DNA of 64,000 bases. Source: Candidatus Komeilibacteria bacterium RIFOXYD1_FULL_37_29. GTDB lineage: Bacteria > Patescibacteriota > Patescibacteriia > UBA1558 > GWA2-36-10. Shown here one piece after another: positions 20,093-28,406 of the stretch. How positions within the stretch are numbered: position 1 is the stretch's first letter; every line of letters starts with the position of its first letter. The stretch is taken from NCBI GenBank assembly GCA_001818495.1, contig MHKS01000005.1, forward strand, positions 402,584 to 466,583, in the 5' to 3' direction. A program made the position numbers and the translations under genes. The notes beneath the pieces are model-generated. The model saw nothing but the letters and a program-made list of their open reading frames with translations, made no database searches and had not been told where the DNA came from.

Positions 20093-20671
20093 CTACTCTT
20101 CGATCCAGACGGCTTTGATCGAGCCGTCGTCGTATAGGTTGAAGCGAATCGCTTCCATGGAGTTGAGGCTGCGGGCCTCGGTCATGCCGATGGACTTTGC
20201 CAACATCGGAATGGTGGGATCGTGGAAGATCCCGACACCGATCTGGCCGTCGTTCATCAGGTCGAACATCTTTCGTAGAGCACTCTGAGCGTCGCTCTTA
20301 AACTGATCGAAAACTGACGGATCCATGTGTTTGAGCACAGCCTCCATATTAGAGAGGCCGTCTTTGATGTCGGCGCGCATGGCGTCAGTGATAGTCTTCT
20401 GGAAGAATTCGGCGGAGCCGAGGCCGTCAACGGCATCGTGGATTTCCATCTCCTGGAAGGGGTCGGACATCATCCGCATGGCGGCGAGAGTCTCACTGGT
20501 GCGGATCAGCGGTCCGTGGAAACCGTGGGAGATCTTGGTGTCGGATGTGTTGTACAGTCTGTCACCGGTGTTGTAGGCCAATTCGGCCCCGGCATGAGAA
20601 ATGTGGTTTCCGCTTTTATCCTTATCGGAGTGGCGGAACAAGTCCAGAGTTTTTACAACAAACTTGGCCAT
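20093..20671 (-). CDS. Histidine-phosphatase-superfamily-like protein encoded in a GC-rich islet
   Basis: LFRHSDKD (an RHG-like RHS variant), HGPLIRTSETLAAM, C-terminal IFHDPT. Local GC is far above the flanks, and several overlapping stop-free frames on both strands are typical of high-GC DNA. Confidence 0.5.
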   Translation of the reverse strand: MAKFVVKTLDLFRHSDKDKSGNHISHAGAELAYNTGDRLYNTSDTKISHGFHGPLIRTSETLAAMRMMSDPFQEMEIHDAVDGLGSAEFFQKTITDAMRADIKDGLSNMEAVLKHMDPSVFDQFKSDAQSALRKMFDLMNDGQIGVGIFHDPTIPMLAKSIGMTEARSLNSMEAIRFNLYDDGSIKAVWIEE

Positions 20672-20722
20672 TTGTGGGCCTCCTTTGTAAAATTATGAGT
20701 GTACACACCATAAATATAGGTG

Positions 20723-20743
20723 ATCCTTGAGTTATTCAAGGAT
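20723..20743. promoter_or_regulatory. Perfect inverted repeat ATCCTTGA-N5-TCAAGGAT in the divergent promoter region
   Basis: Seen directly. It lies about 50 nt upstream of the (-) phosphatase-like gene start and about 130 nt upstream of the wHTH-containing P5 gene; candidate operator. Confidence 0.35.
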
Positions 20744-20820
20744 ATATTAGTATAGCACATTATCCTATTTTAGTCAATATTAGTTATTAGTCTATAATAT
20801 AGTTAAAAATACTATAAATA

Positions 20821-20849
20821 TTGACATTTTTACTATATAATGCTAGACT
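20821..20849 (+). promoter_or_regulatory. Candidate sigma70-type promoter of P5 (TTGACA-N17-TAGACT)
   Basis: Consensus -35 TTGACA at 20821..20826; 17-nt spacer; weak -10 TAGACT. Confidence 0.3.
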
Positions 20850-20872
20850 GCCTTATTAAATCATAAAATAAT

Positions 20873-22681
20873 ATGTTGGAAAAAATTATCAATTCTAAAA
20901 CTCGTTTGGCTATATTGGCTATGTTTTTTCAAGGCAAAGAAACAGAATTATCGGCTAGTCAGATAGTCAAAAAAAGCAAACTTGATCCAGCCAATGTCCA
21001 TAAGGAAATTAGTAATCTATTGGCTGGTAAATTTATTTTGCAAAAAGAGGCCATGGGGCGTAAATATTTTTGTGTGAATACAGGTACTGTATTTTATGAT
21101 GGTTTGGTAAAGATATTTAAAAATTATAAAATTAATCAATTTGGTGAAGAATGGTTTTCGCTAGAATCAGTACCAAATTATTATCCAATGATGGTGGCTT
21201 TTGCTTGGAATGTAAAGCGAGCTAATGATTTTTTAAAAAGTCGTGGTTTTAAAAATAAGTTTACCAAATTGTTGACTACTTATGACAACAATATTAATGA
21301 TTTGTTAATCATTAAAAAAGAATTTGATGCTTTATCCCAAGAAACTTTGGAAAAAGTTAGTTTTGATCCCAGTTGGGGACAGCAATATATTGATGATTTA
21401 TCAGCCGAGGTTGATAATTTAATTAAAGCTACTAATGATTTAGAGAAAGTAAATTTAGGAAAATTATCCAATAAAGAATTGTATGATTTATATCAGGAGT
21501 ATTATGCTGTCTATGGCCAACTTCATATTTTTCACTGGATTCAAACCGTAGCGGATTTTGGTGATAATCTTTTTTCCAAATATTTAATGAATTATTTGCG
21601 TCAGAAGATCAAAGACAGCCAATATTCTTTGGGGGAAGTATTTTCTACTTTGACGACTCCTACTAAAGATGGTGAAACGACTAAAGAATATAAAAATTTA
21701 TTAAATATTTTAGAGGACATAATTTCGGATCAAGATTTAAAAAAATATTTTAAAGATACAGAAACTCGTATTATTGTTCGCGATTTAAAAAATGTCAATA
21801 AGGTTATGGATGAAAAAATTTTAAATCACGTTACGAGGTATGGTTATCTTGGCTATGGTACAGTCGGACCTAACTGGGGTAAAGATTATTTTATTGATAT
21901 TTTAGGCTCTTTAGTCAGACAAAATACCAAGCCAGCTGAGTTGCTTGATAATTTGCAGAAAGATAAGTTAAATATTGAAGTCAAGCAACAAAAATTTATT
22001 AAACAACTGGAGATAGAGGAGAAATATCAGCAATTATTTGAAGTAGCCAGAGGTTTAGTTTTCACCAAGGGTAGCCGTAAAGAGTCCATGTTTCATAGCT
22101 ATAGTATTATAGACCATTTATTTAGAGAAATCGGTCGTCGTTATTATTTATCGGTTAATCAAGTCAGATATTTCTATCCTCATGAATTTGAAGATTTATT
22201 GCTTCATAATAAATTTAGTGCCGCTAAATTAAATGAGCGTTATAAATTTAGTTTGCAGTATTCCCTAGGTGATTATAGTCAGGATAAATTATTAGAAGAT
22301 GAGGAAGCTAGAAAATTTTTAGAAAATTTTAATATTGTCAAAGAGGAAATTGCTGATATTAAAGTAATGGAAGGAGACTGTGCTTCTCCTGGTCGGGCTC
22401 GTGGTAGCGCCAAAATTATCAATATACCCAAAGATATGAGTAAAATGGAGCAAGGTGATGTTCTGGTATCTATTGCTACTAACCCCGATTTAGTGCCAGC
22501 TATTAAGAAAGCTAGTGCTATTGTCACCGATGTCGGGGGCATTACCTGTCATGCCGCTATAGTGTCTCGAGAATTGGGTATTCCTTGTGTTATTGGTACC
22601 AAAATAGCCACTAAAGTCTTAAAAGACGGTGATGTGGTAGATGTGGACGCTACCCATGGTAAAGTTACGATTGTCCGGTAG
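20873..22681 (+). CDS. Paralog P5: N-terminal winged-helix (MarR/ArsR-like) DNA-binding domain, long central region, C-terminal PEP-utilizing mobile domain
   Basis: N-terminus TRLAILAMFFQGKETELSASQIVKKSKLDPANVHKEISNLLAGKFI (wHTH pattern); C-terminus GDCASPGRARGSAKII...[49 protein letters not shown]. Confidence 0.65.
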   Translation: MLEKIINSKTRLAILAMFFQGKETELSASQIVKKSKLDPANVHKEISNLLAGKFILQKEAMGRKYFCVNTGTVFYDGLVKIFKNYKINQFGEEWFSLESVPNYYPMMVAFAWNVKRANDFLKSRGFKNKFTKLLTTYDNNINDLLIIKKEFDALSQETLEKVSFDPSWGQQYIDDLSAEVDNLIKATNDLEKVNLGKLSNKELYDLYQEYYAVYGQLHIFHWIQTVADFGDNLFSKYLMNYLRQKIKDSQYSLGEVFSTLTTPTKDGETTKEYKNLLNILEDIISDQDLKKYFKDTETRIIVRDLKNVNKVMDEKILNHVTRYGYLGYGTVGPNWGKDYFIDILGSLVRQNTKPAELLDNLQKDKLNIEVKQQKFIKQLEIEEKYQQLFEVARGLVFTKGSRKESMFHSYSIIDHLFREIGRRYYLSVNQVRYFYPHEFEDLLLHNKFSAAKLNERYKFSLQYSLGDYSQDKLLEDEEARKFLENFNIVKEEIADIKVMEGDCASPGRARGSAKIINIPKDMSKMEQGDVLVSIATNPDLVPAIKKASAIVTDVGGITCHAAIVSRELGIPCVIGTKIATKVLKDGDVVDVDATHGKVTIVR

Positions 22682-22747
22682 ACAAGCAGTCTATTGGACT
22701 TTTTGTTTTAGGCATACTAAAATTAAGATAAATATTACTTAATTACT

Positions 22748-23686
22748 ATGGAATTAATTAGAGATTTTAAAAAATTGGACAAACACGCTGTTGCTTTGGC
22801 TGGCGGAAAAGGGGCCTCTCTGGGCGAGATGACCAAAGCCGGTATTCCGGTGCCACCGGGATTTGTAGTGTTATCAGCTGCTTTTGAAAAATTTTTAGAG
22901 GAAACTGATCTAAATGTTGAAATTGATGCTGTTATAAAAACAGTCAAACACGAAGATATAAATCTAGTAGAGCAGGCCTCGGTTAAAATCAGGGATTTAA
23001 TCAGTGACGCCCAGATGCCGGACGATATAGCCAAAGAAATAAAAGCAGAGTTTAAAAAAATGGATGCTAAATATGTAGCGGTGCGTTCTTCAGCCACTGC
23101 TGAGGACTCTTCAGTAGCTTCTTGGGCCGGAGAATTAGAATCATATCTTAATACCACTGAAAAAGATTTATTAGATAAAGTCAAAAAATGTTGGTCTTCA
23201 CTTTTTACACCGCGGGCTATTTTTTATCGTTTTGAAAAAAAACTTCAAGATGCCAAAGTTTCTGTAGCCGTAGTAGTGCAGAAAATGGTGCAATCAGAAG
23301 TATCGGGGATTACTTTTACAGTTCATCCGGTCACCGAAGACAGAGACCAGATGGTGATTGAGGCAGGTTGGGGACTAGGAGAGGCTATTGTTTCCGGCAT
23401 GGTGACACCTGATGCTTATGTGATTGATAAAAAAGATTTCTCTATTATGGATATAAATATTGCTGATCAAGCTAAAAAAATTATAAAAACTCCCAAGGGT
23501 AATCAATTTGTAGAAGTAGAGCATAATAAAAGAGAAGAACAAAAATTGGGCGGTGTTCAGATTATAGAGCTGGCCAAAATTTGTGCTGGCATTGAAAAAC
23601 ATTATGGCTTTCCCTGTGATATTGAGTGGGCTTATGAAAAGGGTGATTTTTATATAGTCCAGTCTCGGCCGATTACTACTTTATAA
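22748..23686 (+). CDS. Stand-alone PEP synthase/pyruvate phosphate dikinase N-terminal ATP-binding (ATP-grasp) domain protein
   Basis: VALAGGKGASLGEMTKAGIPVPPGFVV and VAVRSSATAEDSSVASWAGELESYLN, the hallmark PPDK_N (PF01326) motifs. 312 aa with no His or TIM-barrel domain. Confidence 0.75.
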   Translation: MELIRDFKKLDKHAVALAGGKGASLGEMTKAGIPVPPGFVVLSAAFEKFLEETDLNVEIDAVIKTVKHEDINLVEQASVKIRDLISDAQMPDDIAKEIKAEFKKMDAKYVAVRSSATAEDSSVASWAGELESYLNTTEKDLLDKVKKCWSSLFTPRAIFYRFEKKLQDAKVSVAVVVQKMVQSEVSGITFTVHPVTEDRDQMVIEAGWGLGEAIVSGMVTPDAYVIDKKDFSIMDINIADQAKKIIKTPKGNQFVEVEHNKREEQKLGGVQIIELAKICAGIEKHYGFPCDIEWAYEKGDFYIVQSRPITTL

Positions 23687-23704
23687 ATTTTATACAAAAG
23701 AAAA

Positions 23705-23735
23705 AAGCCCTGTGTTTAGACAGGACTTTTTTTAT
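23705..23735. terminator. Bidirectional terminator between convergent genes
   Basis: aaaaaagccctgtgtttagacaggacttttttt; hairpin flanked by A-run and T-run. Confidence 0.55.
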
Positions 23736-23754
23736 TCGCGGTGTTGGCGAATTT

Positions 23755-24246
23755 TTAGGCTTCAGTTTCGCCAAGTTGTTCGAGAATCGAACAACCGAGT
23801 TCATCGTTGTCATCGATGGTAATCTCTACGACCGAGCCACTTTTGGCAACTTCGATACCCAGAGATTTGGCGAAAGGTCGGCCGGTGCAGAGCACGGCCT
23901 GATCAGGCAGAGAGCGGAGAAAGTTGTGGATGGCCGGAGCCATGTCCTGGATGCCGGTGTATTGCTCGTACCAGCAGGCGGTGCCGTCGGCAAATATGAT
24001 GGTCGGATTGCCGTCGATGGTATCCATCGATGTGGCGTCTCCTAAGAGGAGAGTAGAGCGGGTCATTTCCAGACCTAATGTGGCGGCAACGTGCCGATGT
24101 CGGCGACCAGTACCACATATGATGGCAGAAGGGTTGTCAGGGAGTAAGTCCTTTAGAGACTCAATTTGATTTACTCCGGAAGGAGTCATAGTTGGGTCAG
24201 CACCTTCGTGCTTGTCGCCGTGTAAAACCGCATAAATCGTCTTCAT
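23755..24246 (-). CDS. SixA-like phosphohistidine phosphatase-family protein in a GC-rich islet, with the catalytic Arg replaced (LHG instead of RHG)
   Basis: IYAVLHGDKHEG...MTPSGVNQIESL...GTGRRHRHVAATL aligns to the SixA N-terminal pattern (RHG...LT..G..Q...S...RA..TA). High local GC with overlapping stop-free frames. Confidence 0.45.
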   Translation of the reverse strand: MKTIYAVLHGDKHEGADPTMTPSGVNQIESLKDLLPDNPSAIICGTGRRHRHVAATLGLEMTRSTLLLGDATSMDTIDGNPTIIFADGTACWYEQYTGIQDMAPAIHNFLRSLPDQAVLCTGRPFAKSLGIEVAKSGSVVEITIDDNDELGCSILEQLGETEA

Positions 24247-24450
24247 TTTGTGGCCTCTTCCTTATTTTTAGAATTGTAGTGTACTTGATTGTAATATTCT
24301 ATTATAACATGCTTTAGCTATTTTGTCAATGTGCGAACCGATTTATCTATTTAGGTCGGGGGCGGTCTTTTTTTATTGACATTTTTGTGTAAAACTGATG
24401 AAATATTGGGTAGATTTTTTGTAAATAATATGCTAAAATAAAGACACAAT

Positions 24451-24810
24451 ATGTCTATTATCCGCACCAGCCGAGTATTATATCAAGATAAATTGGCCTT
24501 TTGGTTGATTAATTTTTCAATTTTATCCATAGTATCCACCTGGGCGCTTTTTTTATTTAAAAGAGTAGAGCGTGATCCATTGGCCGTACTGCACTATAAT
24601 ATCTACGCTGGCATAGACGCTTTGGGGTCGTGGCAATGGCTTTATCTATTACCAGCCATTTTTTTGTTGATAGCGGCTTTAGATTTTTGGTTGGCTGTTT
24701 TATTGTGGACTAAGGCTAGAGTACTGAGCTATTTTTTATTAGCCACCATTTTGATTATGAATTTTTTTATGTCTTTATTTATCTATAATATATTAAATTA
24801 TAATTCCTAA
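24451..24810 (+). CDS. Hypothetical small membrane protein
   Basis: 119 aa with three hydrophobic segments; immediately upstream of mraY. Confidence 0.35.
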   Translation: MSIIRTSRVLYQDKLAFWLINFSILSIVSTWALFLFKRVERDPLAVLHYNIYAGIDALGSWQWLYLLPAIFLLIAALDFWLAVLLWTKARVLSYFLLATILIMNFFMSLFIYNILNYNS

Positions 24811-25862
24811 TGCCAGCCTTTGAAATAATTAAAGTTTTGACCTTAGCCACCATTGGTTTTTCTTTGTCCATGCTTTTAACGCCAGCTTGGACCCATTTTC
24901 TTTATAAGTACAAATTGGTCAAAAATGTCAGAAATGATAATAGTACGCCAATTTTTTCCAAACTACACAAAGAAAAATCTGGTACGCCGACGATGGGTGG
25001 AGTTTTGATTTGGATGACCGTTTTAATATTGGCGGTAGTTTTTTGGTTGATTCATATTATTTGGCCAGACAGTCTTTTGGCTGACTTTGATTTTTTGACT
25101 AGAGAAGAAACTTATTTGCCACTCGGTGCTTTGGTAGCTTCAGCCATAGTTGGTTTGGTGGATGACTGGTTCAATATCAACCGCCAAGGTGGCGGTAAAG
25201 GTGGCGGTTTGACTGTGAAGCATCGTTTGTTTATTTATACACTGATTGCTTTATTTGGTGCTGGTTGGTTTTATTTTAAATTGGATTGGGATGTTATTCG
25301 TATACCGTTTTTGGGAGTTTTTCAATTGGGCTGGTGGTTTATTCCATTTTTTGTTTTTGTCTTGGTAGCCACTGCTTTTTCCGTTAATGAAGCCGATGGT
25401 TTAGATGGTTTGGCTGGTGGTATAGTCTTGGCGGCTTTTGCATCTTATGGCACCATTGCTTTTATTCAAGGCAATTATAATATGGCGGCTTTTTGTGGAG
25501 TGATAGCTGGAGCACTACTATCATTTTTGTGGTTCAATATCAACCCGGCTCGTTTTTTTATGGGAGATACCGGAGCCATGTCTTTGGGTATTTCTTTGGG
25601 TATAGTGGCGATGTTGACCGGCTATCCTTTTCTTTTGCCGATTATTGGATTTTTATTAATGTTGGAATCTTTGTCAGTGATTATTCAGATTCTTTCTAAA
25701 AAGATTCGTCACAAAAAAGTATTTTTATCAGCGCCGATTCATCATCATTTTGAAGCCAAGGGCTGGCCGGAGACCAAAATAGTTATGCGTTTTTGGGTGA
25801 TTGCCGGAGTTTTTGCCGTTTTAGGATTGATTATGGCTATTATTGATTTGTCTTTATGGTAA
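24810..25862 (+). CDS. mraY: Phospho-N-acetylmuramoyl-pentapeptide transferase
   Basis: GTPTMGGVLIW, NEADGLDGLAGG, polytopic membrane protein, 350 aa. Confidence 0.85.
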   Translation: MPAFEIIKVLTLATIGFSLSMLLTPAWTHFLYKYKLVKNVRNDNSTPIFSKLHKEKSGTPTMGGVLIWMTVLILAVVFWLIHIIWPDSLLADFDFLTREETYLPLGALVASAIVGLVDDWFNINRQGGGKGGGLTVKHRLFIYTLIALFGAGWFYFKLDWDVIRIPFLGVFQLGWWFIPFFVFVLVATAFSVNEADGLDGLAGGIVLAAFASYGTIAFIQGNYNMAAFCGVIAGALLSFLWFNINPARFFMGDTGAMSLGISLGIVAMLTGYPFLLPIIGFLLMLESLSVIIQILSKKIRHKKVFLSAPIHHHFEAKGWPETKIVMRFWVIAGVFAVLGLIMAIIDLSLW

Positions 25863-27268
25863 TTAATTTTTCTGGAAAAAAAGTCTTGATTATGGGTTTG
25901 GGACTGCACGGCGGTGCTTTAGCCGTAGTCCGTTGGCTTTTAAAGCACGGTGCTACTATTACTATTACCGATACCAAAACTAAAGCGCAGCTTACAGCCA
26001 GTTTGGATAAGATAAATAAGTTGTCCAAGGCTAAACAAATAAAATATACTCTCGGCCGACATAAAGCAGTAGATTTTTCTGATCAGGATTTGATTATTCA
26101 AAATCCGGCTGTACCCAGTGGAAATAAATTTTTACATTTGGCTAAAAAAAATAATATTCCCATTGTCAATGAAGCGGTCTTATTTTTTTGGCTTTATCAA
26201 GGGCAGTCTATCGGTGTGACTGGTACAAGAGGAAAGTCCACTACCGCTACTTTGATTCATCAAATACTAAAAACTAAGATCAAAACCAATGTCGTAGCCG
26301 GAAATATTGCTACTAATCCGCTGTTTGAGGTTTTAGAAAAATTGAAAAAAGATGCTCTACCGGTTTTAGAGCTATCTTCCTGGCATTTAGAAGTAATGGA
26401 TAATTATCATATTTCTCCGCATATTGCTGTAGTGACCAATGTGCTGGTCGATCATCTCAATCGTTACAAAAATTTTAATAGTTACAAAGAAGCCAAAAGA
26501 GTAATTTTAAAATACCAGAGTAAACAAGATAAAGTAATTTTAAATGCCGACAATCTATTTACTCGATCTTTTGCTAAGCGAGCTAAAGCAACTGTTTATT
26601 TTTATTCTCTCAACAAAAAAGTCAAAGGCACCTATTTAAAAAATAATAAAATGTATTTTAGTAGCGGATCAAAAGAGTCGCTGGTCATGGATACTAAGGG
26701 TATAAAAATTTTGGGCCAGCACAATTTATCAAATATTTTAGCTGCGGTTTGTGTGGCCAAGTTGGTCGGTATACCAAATAAAAAAATTGCCCAAGCGGTG
26801 AATAATTTTTCTGGTGTACCATACCGTTTGGAGTATAAAGGAAAGATAGCTCAATTAGATGTTTACAATGATTCCACCTCTACCACACCAGATGCTACGA
26901 TAGCGGCTATTTATGCTATGGGCCAAAAGAATATTTTATTATTGGCCGGTGGGCAGGATAAAAATTTGGATTATAAAAAATTGGCCAAAACAATCAAAGC
27001 CAAAGTTTCTAAAGTAATTTTATTTTCCGGAACTGGCAGTTTGAAACTAGTCAAAGAATTAAAAAAAATAAAGTTTGCTCCAGATAAAATGTTTACTGAT
27101 ATAAATAGTTTAAAACAGGCTTTTAAAATTGCTGGTCAGGATAAAAATAAATCAGGAGTGCTATTATTTTCTCCAGCGGCTGCTAGTTTTAATATGTTTA
27201 AAAACGAATTTGATCGAGCTAGGCAATTTGATACTTTAGTCTATGATGCTCAGAAGAAGAAAAAATAG
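25856..27268 (+). CDS. murD: UDP-N-acetylmuramoylalanine--D-glutamate ligase
   Basis: VLIMGLGLHGG, GVTGTRGKSTT P-loop, Mur ligase layout, position between mraY and ftsW. Confidence 0.8.
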   Translation: MVINFSGKKVLIMGLGLHGGALAVVRWLLKHGATITITDTKTKAQLTASLDKINKLSKAKQIKYTLGRHKAVDFSDQDLIIQNPAVPSGNKFLHLAKKNNIPIVNEAVLFFWLYQGQSIGVTGTRGKSTTATLIHQILKTKIKTNVVAGNIATNPLFEVLEKLKKDALPVLELSSWHLEVMDNYHISPHIAVVTNVLVDHLNRYKNFNSYKEAKRVILKYQSKQDKVILNADNLFTRSFAKRAKATVYFYSLNKKVKGTYLKNNKMYFSSGSKESLVMDTKGIKILGQHNLSNILAAVCVAKLVGIPNKKIAQAVNNFSGVPYRLEYKGKIAQLDVYNDSTSTTPDATIAAIYAMGQKNILLLAGGQDKNLDYKKLAKTIKAKVSKVILFSGTGSLKLVKELKKIKFAPDKMFTDINSLKQAFKIAGQDKNKSGVLLFSPAAASFNMFKNEFDRARQFDTLVYDAQKKKK

Positions 27269-28406
27269 TCTTGTGGAGTGGATCTTGGAGCCCTTTGTGG
27301 TTAATCGGCGAGGTTTTGGCCATCAGCCAGATTTTGTTTTATTAGCTACAGTGGGCTTACTATTATTTTTTGGTTTAGTTTTTCTTTCTTCTGCTTCGGC
27401 CAATTTGGGATTTTATAGATATGAGGATACTTATCGTTTTCTAAAACAGCAGATTATTCATGGTGTTTTACCGGGCCTATTATTTTTTTATTTGGCCGTT
27501 CGTATCAATTATCAGCATTATAGAAATTTAGCCTGGCTGGGGCTGATTGTATCTTTTATTTTATTGATTTTGGTATTTTTGACCAGTCTAAGCGGTGATT
27601 TCAGTGCGCAATCTTGGATTATTTTGGGTGGAGTTTCTTTTCAGCCAGCGGAGCTAGTAAAGTTATTTTTAATTATATTTTTGGCTTTTTGGTTTGAGAA
27701 AAAAGGAGCAGAAGTCAAAGATTTTAAAAAAACTACTATTCCTTTCCTCATTATTGTTGGCTTAATTAGTTTTTTAATTATTAAACAGCCTGATATTGGT
27801 ACTTTGGCTATTATCAGTGTTACCAGTTTGGTCATGTATTATATCGCTGGAGCTAAGCTGAATCATTTAGCAGTTATTATAGCCGCCGGACTTTTAGGAC
27901 TGGTAGTGATGATTAAGGCCGCGCCGTATCGGATGAATAGAATTATTGCCTGGCTAAATACCGATATTGATCCGCAGGGCATTGGTTGGCAAATAAAGCA
28001 GTCTTTGATTGCTGTTGGCTCAGGTGGTTGGTTTGGTCTAGGTATTGGTTCATCACGACAAAAATCATATTTACCTCAGCCGGCCAATGATTCTATTTTT
28101 GCAGTGATTGCCGAAGAAATTGGATTTTTATTTTCTGTAGCGCTGATTATTTTATTTATCGTATTGATTCACCGCGGTTTTCAGATAGCTAGACAATCCG
28201 ATGATGATTTTGCCAAACTTTTAGCCATTGGTATTATTACTTGGTTGTCTTTGCAGATTTTTATAAATATTGGTGGTATGATCAAGCTGATGCCAATGAC
28301 TGGTGTACCTCTGCCTTTTATATCTTTGGGCGGAAGTAATTTGGCCGTGACACTCTTGGCTATTGGTATTTTGACGAATATTTCAAAATTTACTCACAAC
28401 AGATAA
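27243..28406 (+). CDS. ftsW: SEDS-family peptidoglycan glycosyltransferase FtsW/RodA
   Basis: 10-TM protein, conserved IAEEIGF / GGSN-type motifs, dcw context. Confidence 0.75.
   Translation: MMLRRRKNSLVEWILEPFVVNRRGFGHQPDFVLLATVGLLLFFGLVFLSSASANLGFYRYEDTYRFLKQQIIHGVLPGLLFFYLAVRINYQHYRNLAWLGLIVSFILLILVFLTSLSGDFSAQSWIILGGVSFQPAELVKLFLIIFLAFWFEKKGAEVKDFKKTTIPFLIIVGLISFLIIKQPDIGTLAIISVTSLVMYYIAGAKLNHLAVIIAAGLLGLVVMIKAAPYRMNRIIAWLNTDIDPQGIGWQIKQSLIAVGSGGWFGLGIGSSRQKSYLPQPANDSIFAVIAEEIGFLFSVALIILFIVLIHRGFQIARQSDDDFAKLLAIGIITWLSLQIFINIGGMIKLMPMTGVPLPFISLGGSNLAVTLLAIGILTNISKFTHNR

Noticed and set aside
20058-20730. Several + strand ORFs (20058..20288, 20325..20576, 20327..20698, 20545..20730) overlapping the - strand 20093..20671 gene
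   Set aside because: These are stop-free frames expected by chance in a GC-rich segment. Only the - strand frame shows a recognisable (histidine phosphatase) motif set and a start context.
23776-24169. ORFs 23776..24045(+), 23903..24118(-), 23924..24169(+) inside the second GC-rich islet
   Set aside because: Same reason. Only 23755..24246(-) has family-like motifs.
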